Part shown: positions 39,094-51,231 of the stretch, piece by piece
Layout: each line of letters begins with the position of its first letter
Numbering within the stretch: the stretch's first letter is position 1
Assembly: GCA_051294905.1 (NCBI GenBank)
Contig: CM119371.1
Span: 27,964,001 to 28,028,000, forward strand
Source of the DNA: Botryllus schlosseri
Lineage: Eukaryota
Length of the DNA: 64,000 bases
Reading direction: 5' to 3'
Translations under genes and position numbers: made by a program
Notes under the pieces: generated by a model
What the model saw: only the letters and a program-made list of their open reading frames with translations
The model's database searches: none
What the model was told of the DNA's origin: nothing

Positions 39094-39492
39094 TCCGTAG
39101 GTACGACCTTATAGCGTAGCCATGATGAAAATATGGAGAGAGAGAGAGAGTTCTGATTTATTTTTGTCTGCACCATCGAGATGCTTTGCCGAGATAGATG
39201 CGCTAAGACCTTATGTAAGGTCAATTAGTCTGCAGCATCATTTTTGGCCTCTGTGATATGGGATGCAGAGCGCCTAGCGGAATAGCCGCGCATCCCAGTT
39301 TTCTAGTCTAAGGTGTGACGCGGTCTAGAAGCTAGGCGAATCAACGCTCGGAGGAGACATTACAAAACGGCTATAAAAATTGCTGTACGAAGATCAGTCA
39401 CAATTGTCAACTCGAAAATTAGGGTGTAACAGCGATCGTCCTGAAGAGGATCAACTTGGGAACAGTCGCGTTGCATTACACTTACATTACAC

Positions 39493-40105
39493 CTGTGTTT
39501 CTTATCCGGTGTTACACGGAACAGTAGGGGTTCTATGAGCCTGTCCCAGGAGTCAGGAGTTCAGTGGAGGACAAGATACACACTCAACTTATGCATCTGA
39601 TTTATGAGGATACGCATATCTTGACCATAATTGGTTGCAGGGCGCAGGGGAGGTTTAGGGGAGGTTTAGGTTTGTATTCAAATCCCTGACCTTCTGAAAT
39701 GCTAATTTTATCTCAAATATATATAAGCTCAATTGTAATGAGGTAATCGGTATCTTGGTGTTGCGTTTCGACCAAACAGTACGCTGTCACTTTGCATGGA
39801 AGCCTCGCGTTTCTAAATTGGTATCTGAAGGGGAACCGGAGAACTTGTACTGATTTTCAATTATCATTTTTTCGTTCTCTGTGAAAATTACATTTTATTG
39901 GTTCCGTTTTTTGAGGAAGGACTCCGTTGCTACACAGTTAATTTATGCACCAGTAATCACGAGTAACGTATCAGATGTGAACTTATATATGTATATTGTT
40001 AGACTGAAGATTTTATGGCCCGCGAAAATAGGGGTTCCGCGACGGCTTGCAGATTAGTGTAAGACTGTAAGTGTTCCGCGGGTTACTAAAGGTTAATAAC
40101 CACTG
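39493..40105. mobile_element. hAT-type MITE
   Basis: Degenerate left TIR ctgtgtttcttatcc, right ggttaataaccactg; TSD cattacac/catttcac; interrupts the paralogue of 34750-34790. Confidence 0.7.
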
Positions 40106-40430
40106 CATTTCACCAATTGAACTTGTTTATGAATCCTCTCAGCTTCGAAGCAACGCCTCATTGAAGTGGATCAAAAAATTACGTTTCACTTGACTACATC
40201 TAATATGTATAACTTGTTGAAGATTTACTAAGTGAAACAAGTAAATGAAATCTAATTTAGTAGTGTGTAAAAGTAGAAGTATTTAGTTTCTGATTACGAC
40301 CAACTTTTCGGGGCCGATGAATATATTTCTTTTAGCTGAATAACGGGGGGGGGGGGGGGGGGGGGATAAGTCAGAACGTCCTAAAATGGCTGGTTTAAGA
40401 ATTATCTGAGTTTCCGATCACTACCGTAGT

Positions 40431-40954
40431 CAGGGTTGCATTTAAAACAAATTGCTGTTTAAAACATGTTTTAAACAGTATTTTAAACAAAGGTCTTTTT
40501 TTTTAAATGTGTTTCTAATTATGCCATAATTCTGTAATTAATTTGCAAAAACATGTTGTATGAGCCTACGGACGGCGATTACTACCAGATATAGCCGACG
40601 TATACGACATGGGATGGTTAGAACCCTCGAAATAGTCGATTCAACAGCTAAGTAGGCTACGCAGATATAGATCATTGGTATGGAAATAATGTTCTGATGA
40701 TGATGCGTAAAAATGCTGCAAGACGATGTAGTCCTGGTTAAAGATATTTTGGTCCGTACATGACAGGGGTTCGAAGCCTATTTCGTCAAAGGAGCTATAC
40801 ACTTACCTTATATTTTAATTGTGTAATATCAATCCACTATGACGTTACAATTGAATATGCGTGACGTCATGGCTTAGAAAAAACATGTTTTTAACAAGGG
40901 CCTTGTTTTAAACATGTTCGTTTTAAATTGATATTTGTTTTAAACACAACCCTA
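40431..40954. mobile_element. hAT-type MITE (same family as 38605-39093)
   Basis: TIR cagggttgcatttaaa...tttaaacacaacccta; TSD accgtagt/agagtagt. Confidence 0.8.
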
Positions 40955-42419
40955 AGAGTAGTACTGTATAGTAGTTATCGCCGAATGGCTGTGCAGATTA
41001 CGAAGTAACGCTATTGATAGCTCAATAGGACATACCTTGTTTGCCATGGACCTTGTACACGAGTTCAGTAAGTCGTCATTTCACCCCTGGTTGGGAACCA
41101 GCGTATTGGACAGTAGGCATATCCTAATATACAATACCTCTCTAAGTTTACATGATGGTCAAAATCGAATCCATATGCATGTCAATTTGTTGTTGTACGT
41201 ACATAGGCACAATATTGTAAAATCGTTCCAGAGTATATTGATGAATAATATGCTTGCTTTATAGGTAGGAGTTGAAATGAGTCAATCGTCATCAAATTTG
41301 TCGTAACGAATAACGATACGAACTACAATGAGCCATGGATGCGAACAGCTGGCCAGCGTTGTCGAGTCGCAGGTGCAGTAGTGTCGTCTCGTCACTCATG
41401 AGTAGTTCGATGTCATTTCTCTCATTCACATGGGCATTACAGTCACAGTCACATTATGTGCTACTGAATATTATCCGGAATCATTCATGTACAGTTGAAA
41501 TTTCAAATCTGAGATTGAGGGGTTGATTTCCAAATGCTATATTATATCTAGGAGTTACAAATACTGCCGTTGCTATACTGGCAGCGTACATCGATGTACC
41601 GAGACCAGCACTACTTATAAAACCGCAAATATTGCAATATGTACTTGAATATGTTCGATCGACTGATAGAGCCAGGAACACATATTTATAATGTTTATGT
41701 AGTAGGCCTATGTTGCTTTCATGTTCAAGTTCAAATTTATCCATAGAATGTCATCATTTCAAAACATCACAAGACTGCGATACAATGAAAGATAGGGAGG
41801 AAGGTGCCGAAACGACTTGGAGTAGCCTTTGAGATCAGACACCCACCTGTGCCTAGGCGATGTATATAGGAGGCATGCACACGGAAGGAAAGTAAAAGAA
41901 GATAATATAAAATGATAAGCGACAAAATCAGATGGCTTGTGAAGAAAGGCGAGATCGAGACGTCAGGTAATTTTTGGTGCCTTGGCTATGATACGGAGGA
42001 TCTGATGTCGTAGTTTTTGCAGTGGCTTCAGTGCGCACCCACCGCCCAACAACAGATGATGCCGTATTGTAACTTTGATTGGAATAATGATCCAAAGATT
42101 ATCAGAAGGACCCAGACCGGCATGTAGTCTCTAGGCTGTAGAACATACCACATAGTTCAGTGATAATCTTTTTCTTGCGACCGAATGTGACTGTTCCAGG
42201 TTATTCTAGTCTACTAAAGCCCCAAGGTATTTCGCCATTTCCGAGTTAGAAATAGGTTGACCTGCGGTCAGGTTTTTTTTTCGGAGAATTATTTCTATGG
42301 CCATTGGCCAATAACTGGGATTTCGCGACGTTGACGCAAAGATTATTGTGGGCCGTTCACTCATGCACTTTGTGCATTTGGTCACTAATCACAGCACCCA
42401 ACTTAGCCGTAGACGACGA

Positions 42420-43100
42420 GTAAGAGATATTAGAAGACATAACAAACGGAGTGATTTCCATGTCGTGCAAGTTTGTATATGAATGATCGATCAAAGTTCT
42501 TGACTTACTAGCTATTCTAGTTGGCATGCATGCCATACGACGAAGACCGATTGATTTAACGGCATTGGAGTATGTGCCTGTGCCGTCTCCTTTGTATTTT
42601 AGAAGATATATATTAATATGTCCCGCAGTGAAAAACTTTTTTTGTCGCTGTTGACTTTGTCCATCGACTGTTTTTACGCTTTCGTGAATTACCACAACAG
42701 CAACGTTAAAGAATTAGTGAGTTCCAATTGACCGATCCTTTCCAGCCACAACTCCTCGCAACCTTTGACATTCAGATTGTAGTATGGAAAACTCTCGTAT
42801 GGAATTGTTTTTCAATGTAAATTCCAACACGTCCGTAGGACTTCGGCGCCAGGGTATACTCAAAGTTGTAGCCCGATATATGAACACTCCGAGTAGGTTC
42901 ATTTGTAAGGTTTAGTTCCGATATTTGCCACAAAACTAGGTAATCTCAGTTTAGTATGAAGTTCATTAGTCGATCGCGATTAGATTGCCCCCTCTAATAT
43001 CTGTACGAAGTGAACTTATTTGTGTGTCTTTCAGGGCTTGTAGACGTAATGTTGGTTCTGGTATAGATTGAATTACATATATTAATAAGCGGAAAGAAGT
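42420..43100 (-). mobile_element. Degenerate LINE (CR1/L2 group) AP-endonuclease remnant
   Basis: Minus-strand motifs AGHINIYLLK (GDFNIDLL-like), PTRIASKSRTLIDHSYTN, LLGVFIYR; frameshifted. Confidence 0.7.
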
Positions 43101-44234
43101 TGTTATTCATGATTCCGAGTTGACCCAGATCCCATGTCGGCGAGTTATGAGCTTAGTGTGCGGTAGCGTTTTTGTTTTCGGATTCACGCACGCTGAGTTA
43201 ATCCAATTACGTCGTGCTTTTCCGATGGGAAGCGAACGCTTACAGTAACATCAGCAGCATGAATTGAAGATTTTTCGCCAACCTTTATTAGTTGCCAATA
43301 TCAGGTAACGTCAGACCAGATTGCTCTTAATAATTGTCCGAAGATTGGCGAGATATTGCAGTCGATGATAACCCCCGATACGGCAAATTCAATACAAAAT
43401 TAATAAGTCGTTGATTCCATATTTCCTAATGCTATTTCGATCCTGTCTAATCACTATATCGCAGTCTTGTGGTGTTTTGAAACGATGAAATTTTATTAAT
43501 AAACTGAAGTGAACGTCATGAATACCAAAATAATTAACATCTCGCAGCCGGCACACAGCGGTGTTACGGCTCGCTAGCGCTCGATTAGACGATTACTGAT
43601 CAATCAATGGCGCGAGGCTACAATAGTTTGTTATCGTAGGTCCCGGATAGCTCTTTATTCGAGCTATTCTGCCACACAACGATATAGCAAGGGTAAAGTC
43701 TGATCAGATCCGCAAATGTGCACAGCGTTAGAGAAAGTTACAAGTAGCCTATTCACTATTTCATTAAAATTGAGATCTGATATCGTGGCGAACTAGCCGT
43801 CAGGTAGCTGACACCGACAGATGTCGCAGTGGTTCTCACCCGGTCATTTGAATAACGGTAACATGATTTGCAGGATTGAGCCCACATCAACATAGTCGAA
43901 CTGCACAAAGTCAACGGACCCGCTTGCAGGTGATATTACCACAATCTCAGATGATGCAGCTAGCGAACACGGCTACTTTTGAAATTTGTCGTATATTTAA
44001 CTCCTTTTTATGATTGTCATGTTCCAGTTCTGTGTTCCAGTTCTGTGTTCCAGTTCTGTGCCGATCGGCATGCTTTTCAGTCGGGCTTTGTCCATTTGTC
44101 GTGCGTCAGCTGATTATTAGTATCGTCTGAATATCAGTCTCGCTTTAACTGTTTTCCTTTTGCTCGTAATACTTCATAATCGCGTAATAAGTCTGGGAGG
44201 AAGTGTTACCAAATCAAATCGTATAGTGCTTTGA

Positions 44235-44240
<6 letters not shown>

Positions 44241-44272
<32 letters not shown>

Positions 44273-44460
44273 CTTTATTCGTATACATTACATATCAACA
44301 TTACACTACAAAAATATAACAGTGAAATGCGACATGCAAGGTTGACGGGAGGCTCGATATGACAAAGTCTTCAGAGCGGAGCCACCCAGGAAAGGAGCAA
44401 TTTTTACAGTCGATAACTATTAAAGTATAGAGTTATAGACCTCTCTATACTTGATCTGGT
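44241..44460 (-). repeat. (GA)15 microsatellite abutting a probable LINE 3' end
   Basis: (ga)15 at 44241-44270; the minus strand reads ...AATAAAGAT(TC)n; the LINE assignment is inference. Confidence 0.5.
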
Positions 44461-44492
44461 ATTGTGCTGTATGATTGATATACAGATTTGTA

Positions 44493-45847
44493 CAGGGCCG
44501 TAACTGCCGCACCCCAAACCCCCCAATTGGGGGGGGGCCGAGCTCGAAGGGGGCCCAAAATTATTTCGTGAATTAGCATAAATTGTTGAGCATTTTTGGA
44601 AAATTTAAGCAACTTTATCAAAAATTTTTCGCGCTGCGCGCGATTTCAAGGTGCCAAGTATCTTGAATATTGGGTAGGCCTACTCTTCCCACAAGAAAAA
44701 ATACGCAAGATTTATAGAAATGGGCATATCAGCGTCGGCCATTACCTCGCCACGACGCACCAAGACGTATAAAGTTTTAGGCCATGTAACACGCGACTGC
44801 AAGAAGTGTGCCAGAACGATCGGCAGCGAGAAAACCTTGGCCGAAAGGGACTCCCCTTATGCTGACCGAAAACTTCGTTATATATACAAAATACATGTGG
44901 GTTTAATAGTCCATAGGCGCCTAAATGACTGGCACCTAAATGTTCCTGTCTTGGCAATCTGAACCTAACAAGACAAATACCACCCCGCAGGGAAAAATTA
45001 TATGCCAGTGAAGAAATACCAATTTGAAATCGTGAGATCTTTTAGTTTAGTACGTTTGGGCGATTGTATATTTTTGATATAGCAGACAGGAGGTCACGAA
45101 ATAACATCATGTAACAAAGTCATACCAACGGCTCCACCTGCCCGAAGATGTTTAATTATAATTTACGGGCTCTAACTTTTTCCAAGACAGCACCTGACTC
45201 ACCTCTACCGGTAAATCTGATTACGTGAGCAACTGAGTATAGAGGACAAGAAATTGATGGCATTCCCGATCTTATTGACCGATTTTATCTTGAAATATCG
45301 AAAATTTTCGCGCTTCGCGCTGGCCTACTGCGCAGTAGCCTACATCTATAATTTCGTGGCGAAGTGAACAACGTGGTGGCGGCCTGGCGGGTCGGTTTGT
45401 CATCCTATGGGAGCCCAAGACTCCAGTTTTTTGGGGCCTGACGAAGTGCTGTTTCGTTCCTGCCAACGGGTATACAATACACCCGGAGAGGTTTATTTAT
45501 TATTGAGGGGTCCTACCCTTTCAAACACGCCTCACTCTGCTCTACCGGTAAATCTGATTACGTGAGCAGAGAAAGGATAAAAATTGATAGCAATATATAT
45601 GCAATTCCTGATCATATTGCCCGATTCAATCATCAATTATAGAATTTTTTCGCGCTTCGCGCGTTTAGCCGATAAAAACTGAGTCACTAAACGGACACCC
45701 AATATAGATGATAAGCAGCGGTAAACAACGAACAGCCTGAGGGGGGTCTGGGGGGCTTCGCCCCCCAGAAGTTAGGTTTATCACCCTATGGGGGGCCCAG
45801 GACCAACGTTTTGGGGGGGGGCCTGACGAAGTGCTGTTACGGCCCTG
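44493..45847. mobile_element. hAT-type MITE with internal ~340-bp tandem units
   Basis: TIR cagggccgtaac...gttacggccctg; perfect TSD gatttgta; units start ctctaccggtaaatctg at ~45203 and ~45540. Confidence 0.9.
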
Positions 45848-46543
45848 GATTTGTATCTGGAAACCATGTATATCGAGCCAACCTGGACATAATCCTGTTG
45901 TGCTATTTTCTTACATCGATTTTGTTTACTTTAACTTTAACTCTGTGGATGCTTAATGCTTTCTAATAGAAATTGGTCTTTAAGAATAGATCCTCATCAC
46001 TGCCACGGGGAAAATTGCATAACAAGACTACTCACAGTCCTTCCGGAACTCTTCGATCTTTTCATTATATCGCAATCTTGTGGGGTATTGTTTTGATTGA
46101 AAAACTAATAAAATGATGTCGATGATGATAACAACTATGCGATGTAAATTCTGTACGATCGTAACAGATAATTTCGAAACTAGCAGCTATTTTGATGGCC
46201 ATTAGTTAATCTATAGTTTGGGCATTCTCTGAAAATCAGTACTTATACTTGTCATCAATTAGAAATTACAGGTTTTATAGTTCTACTTTTAGTCGAGTAC
46301 TAGCAATAAATACTTTGGCCACCTCGGGATGTGTTGTAGTATAGATAACTAACCTACGGTATAGGATAGTTATCTATAGTTGTAGCGAAATATAATATTC
46401 TGTGGTGATGAAGCGTATTTCCATTCTGATATAATTTGAAAATATTGGCATGATAACGTGATAGACAATGAAGGGCTTATATATCGCATCGCATTGTTTA
46501 CCTGTCTCAGTTAAAATAGAAAAGGTTTCTCGATAAGTCAGAA

Positions 46544-46803
46544 ATGACCCATTCCCAACGTCGCAACAGCTGCAATGATCATATTTGCGAGGTAAGTGGA
46601 AAAACCTTCATCACCAAAGATTATCTGACAAGACACATGAAAATTCATGCCGCGTCGAAGCAGTTTCAATGCGACATATGCGGTAAAAGGTTTTTATGCA
46701 AAATCGTTCCCTGACAAGTCATCTCTCGGTCCATGCAGCAAAGAAAGATCATAAATGCGACATATGCGGGAGATCATTCAATTCGAACTCAAACTTGCGA
46801 AAT
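46544..46803 (+). pseudogene. Truncated, frameshifted C2H2 zinc-finger gene (ZF copy 4)
   Basis: MTHSQRRNSCNDHICEVSGK... (Cys to Ser in finger 1), frameshift near 46695, homology ends within finger 3. Confidence 0.85.
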
Positions 46804-47338
46804 CTCGAGTTATTCTGGGGTGTCGACTATGTTTATTTCACATTGAACGCTCTCTCATTCGAAATTTCATGCTGGTGACGTCATATTTTGTGATACGATT
46901 GTTGATATACAATGTTCTTTCCAATTCTCTACTAGTTGCCGACGATTACCCCTGAAGAGTGTCAGCCAAAAATATTCGGGTTCATTTCAATATGAATATA
47001 CTATTCATTTGTATATTGAAGTTTTGTACCTCCAAGAAGCTCTTCACAGGAATTTTGCAAACAAATTTTTCCACCACATGAACAAAGCATCTCTAAACAG
47101 TAATGTGTTTGTATTAGTATTTATTGGCAATTAAAATGAGTTTGCTTAGCAGAGTATTTCATCTCACACGGACATTTTGTGTAGGTGAGTCCTGGGTTTT
47201 TGGCAGTTATGAAGCGAAATTGCCCCGTGATTTCTCTAATTTAAATGAAATGCAAATTAGGTTATCAACCATTTTGCATATTTGGAGGTTTCGCGGAACC
47301 CCTGAAAACGATCCGCGGAACCCCAGTTGAGAACTACT
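46804..47338. mobile_element. One-ended hAT MITE remnant
   Basis: Right end ggaaccccagttgagaactact; 46952-47045 matches 8011-8105; left TIR absent. Confidence 0.55.
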
Positions 47339-47792
47339 ATATTTGAATATGCCTAAATGTCCGGAATTTTCATAAATTAGGGGTCAGTTAAAAAGTACGT
47401 TTACACGGTGGTCGGGGGCTATATCCCCGTTCACGTCAACAGTTGAAGAACAATATTCCCTATGTTTCGAAACGTAGCTGCTTTGGAAATTGATATTCAA
47501 GTCGATCCTCATCACTGTGGCTACGGACATTACATAACAGATATGGGATGTATAGATTTAACACGACCGCAACAGAATATTATTAAAATGGCAGCTATTC
47601 TTATGGTCATTAGTCATTCTGCACTGGTGTCATGCATTAAATTATTCTGACTTTACTTCAGTGGTTCTTATACCCATATCTCCTACTTCTACTACAGGTA
47701 GTTTTGGCTTGCTATAAATATCGCTATACTTCTACTTATGATTAGAAATTAAAGGTGTTATAGTTCGACATTTCAAGTTGTAATCTTTTGAA

Positions 47793-49088
47793 ATGAACCC
47801 TTTCCGAACTCTTAATGGCGGCGATGATCATATTTGCGAGGTATGCGGAAAAATCTTCATCGTCAAATCTTATTTGACAAGACACATGAAAATTCACGCC
47901 GCGTCGAAGGAGTTTGAGTGCGAAATATGCGGTAAAAGCTTTTTGCAAAGGCCTTCACTCATAAGTCATCTCTCGTTCCATGCAGCACGAAAAGATCGCA
48001 AGTGCGACATATGCGGGAGATCATTCATTTTCAAATCGAACTTGAGAAATCACATCAAAATTCACGCAGCCGTGAAAGAGTTTGAGTGTGAAATATGCGG
48101 GAAAGGTTTCGCAAGAAAGACTCATTTGGAAGCACATTATTTGAGCCATACTGGAGCGAAAGATTACGAGTGTCATATATGTGGCAAAAGTTTCGGACAA
48201 AAATATAAACTGAACAATCATTACTTGATTCATAAGTCTAAAGATTACGTGTGTCAGGTATGCGGCAAATGTTTCCGAAATAAAGGTAACCTGAAAGGTC
48301 ATTTTGCGATTCATACTGCAGCGAAAGTTTACGAGTGTCGAATATGCGCAAAAAGATTCAAAACCGGATCTTACATGGAGAGTCATTATTTGATTCACGC
48401 CGGAGATAAGAGACACAAGTGCGAAATTTGCGGGAAAGTATTTCGTTGGATGTCGAACCTTAAGGGACACGTCACGGTGATACACTTGAATATGAAAGAA
48501 TATCAGTGTGATATCTGCGGGAAAGCATTTTTGCATGAGAATCATCTAAGATATCACTATTCCGCCCATATGGGAACGGGATTCCAATGCGAGGTATGTG
48601 GGAAACGATTCAATTTTAAATCCCATATGAAAATACACATGAACATTCACGTCGGATTGAAAGAATTTGAGTGCGATGTATGTTCGAAACTATACGCCAA
48701 CAAATCCCATTTAAGAGCCCACATGGAATTTCACGCCGGATTGAGAGAGTTTGAATGTGAGATTTGCGGTAAAGCATTTCGATCGAAGTCGTACGTTCAG
48801 GTACACATGGAGTCGGCCCACTTAAAAACGAAAGGATATGAGTGCGATGCATGCGGTAAAGTCTTTCGACACCAATCAAACCTTGGAGGTCACTATTCCA
48901 TCCACACGGAAACGAAATACCCGTGTGAAATATGCGGGAAAATATTCAATGTCAAATCCTACTTGAGAAACCACAGCAAGATTCACTCGGGAGTAAAAGA
49001 GCATGGGTGCGATATATGCGGAAAAACATTCGGTATAAAGAGTACTCTTGTGCGTCACTTACGAATCCACAGAAGCAACGGAAAGTAA
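47793..49088 (+). CDS. C2H2 zinc-finger protein, 15 fingers, 431 aa (ZF copy 5)
   Basis: Intact ORF, closest to copy 3. Confidence 0.93.
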   Translation: MNPFRTLNGGDDHICEVCGKIFIVKSYLTRHMKIHAASKEFECEICGKSFLQRPSLISHLSFHAARKDRKCDICGRSFIFKSNLRNHIKIHAAVKEFECEICGKGFARKTHLEAHYLSHTGAKDYECHICGKSFGQKYKLNNHYLIHKSKDYVCQVCGKCFRNKGNLKGHFAIHTAAKVYECRICAKRFKTGSYMESHYLIHAGDKRHKCEICGKVFRWMSNLKGHVTVIHLNMKEYQCDICGKAFLHENHLRYHYSAHMGTGFQCEVCGKRFNFKSHMKIHMNIHVGLKEFECDVCSKLYANKSHLRAHMEFHAGLREFECEICGKAFRSKSYVQVHMESAHLKTKGYECDACGKVFRHQSNLGGHYSIHTETKYPCEICGKIFNVKSYLRNHSKIHSGVKEHGCDICGKTFGIKSTLVRHLRIHRSNGK

Positions 49089-51231
49089 AGGATGCGACAA
49101 TTGTCTTCGTGACATGATGCTCCATGCTCCTATTACATTTTCCTCTGTGTTATCCATGCTACACGTACACAGTTTATTTTACACCAATTGCTGGAATATT
49201 GTATTCAATATGAACGACGAACATGATGCTTGTGTGCGGCCAGCTCTGCCGCCGGGATGTGTATGACAACTGAGTGCTGTGTTCCAGACAGTGGGCAATT
49301 ACTGCTTCAATGTAATCGATTACAATTACAAATTGCGATATGGGGTATGACCAGATCTGTCGTTCCCAGTCTTCTTCGACTCATTGTCCCCTTATCAAGC
49401 TCGACACAAATTTTCGTCCTCGTATTTACTGATTCGAAAAATAAGGACGTATAGGCTAAACGGGAAATTTGTTCAGCTAACTCTCATCGGTGATGAATTG
49501 ACTAAAAAAATAATTGAAGGATGCGCTCAGAAAACAGGTTTCCGCGTGTACCCTCCATTGAGTTGACCTTTTTGTTTATCAAATTTCGCATCATATGCAG
49601 ATTAAGTCGCGGGAAGGTTTTGAGTGGCCAGCAAGGTAATTCTCGAAATTTGTTACATTACAAAAAATAAATTACCGGGGTAATATATTGTGAACTTACA
49701 GGGTCAACCAATAATTTGATTAGCCTCACCTCGAAATTTGGGATGTTGATGACTAACTTATCAGTTCCGACGCATTGTCGTAGCCACCAATTTTCGTAGA
49801 TCTTTGTGTATGACGATTAAGTACAGTATTTCGTGGCAAATGTATTTGACTTGATATTTTTATTAGCACTTCGTGCGATTTATAGTCACTCGAGTTCTTG
49901 CTTCTAGTATTGGTATCCATTCCTGAAAATTAAAAATACACCCAATTTATTGAATTGAGTCTGACTATATTCACAATTATGAGAGAACGTGTCGTCCAAT
50001 ATCCGACTTCGCATATGCACTCGCAGTAAGATCGTCGGAAAACTAAACCTTTGCACAAAAATATTGACGCATCTTCGCCGAAATATTCGATATGTCTATG
50101 TCCAAAAGCCGAGTACTCCTGTACTTGCCAAATGAGCGGAGCGGTATACAGGGGTGACGCGTAATGTATGCAAAGGACATTTTATTAATCGGATTCAATC
50201 ATTAACTTGGAAAAATTTTCGCGCTTGGCGCAGTTATGCCATGTATACACGTTGATTTTTCCAGACAAAATTGTAATCGATTTTGATGAATTTTGTTTTC
50301 ACCGTAATGTAACCTGACTCGCTCCTACCGGATGACTGAAAAATGGGCATCAACATTCAAGTGGCCCGCGCAATGGTTCGGAAAACTCATGTCGCCCTTT
50401 GAGCAAAATGCTTGACCACCCCTGATTTAGACCATATACATAACGAGGCTCTTTGTGGCAACACCAGGCAGAGTGCTGCTCCTATACTTCACCTGTGCGA
50501 GCTTGAAAGGTCAGTAGATATTTTGTGTCCACTATTCAACTTCAATGTGTGTCGAGACACGAATTGCCGGTATAATTTGTTGAATAAATTGTAAATAGTG
50601 AACACTTGGTCTGGGACATCGTTGTCGCTTCAGGTAGTGACAGCATGAGCGGAAAGTAAATGATCGCAGGAACAAAGTCACAGCTTTGCACCCTAATGGG
50701 TGGTGTCTGCAGTGCACTGACTATCAATATTTGCAGGGAAGCCGTGGCGAGTATTTGATTATTGGTGTCATTAATACTCCTGTCACGTGATGCTGACCCA
50801 GCGGTGATTTGGTAACATTAATAGAAATACGGTGTATTAAATTCAGGTCAACTTGGTTCATACTTGCGTAGAATTAGTTTGACAGATTTTGAGCGAAAAC
50901 CCAGTTGTATCCCGAAACGCCTTTTATCAATTGTCAACGGGGGTAGCCGTCATGAAAATAGGACCGAGACATTACAAAATGGAAACTGAATTGGTCACGT
51001 CACGAATGCCTAATCTAAGATTAGGGTGTGACAGCACTCGTCGTGAAAAGGATCAAATCGGGAAAATTTACTTTACATTGAACTTACACACCAACCGATA
51101 TTGTTTATGAATCCCCAAATCTCGTATCAAAGCGTCGTTGTAGTGCATCAAAACAATACGTTTCAGTAGATTACATCAAGTATGCAAAACTTGTTGAAGT
51201 ATGCAAACATAAATTCCAAGCACATGAAAAT

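Noticed and set aside
40345..40365. Long G/C homopolymers (also ~24428 and ~36442)
   Set aside because: Slippage-expanded runs, two of them inside MITEs; no evidence of function
17569..49058. Antisense and alternative-frame ORFs overlapping the ZF genes
   Set aside because: Expected shadows of repetitive ZF codon patterns
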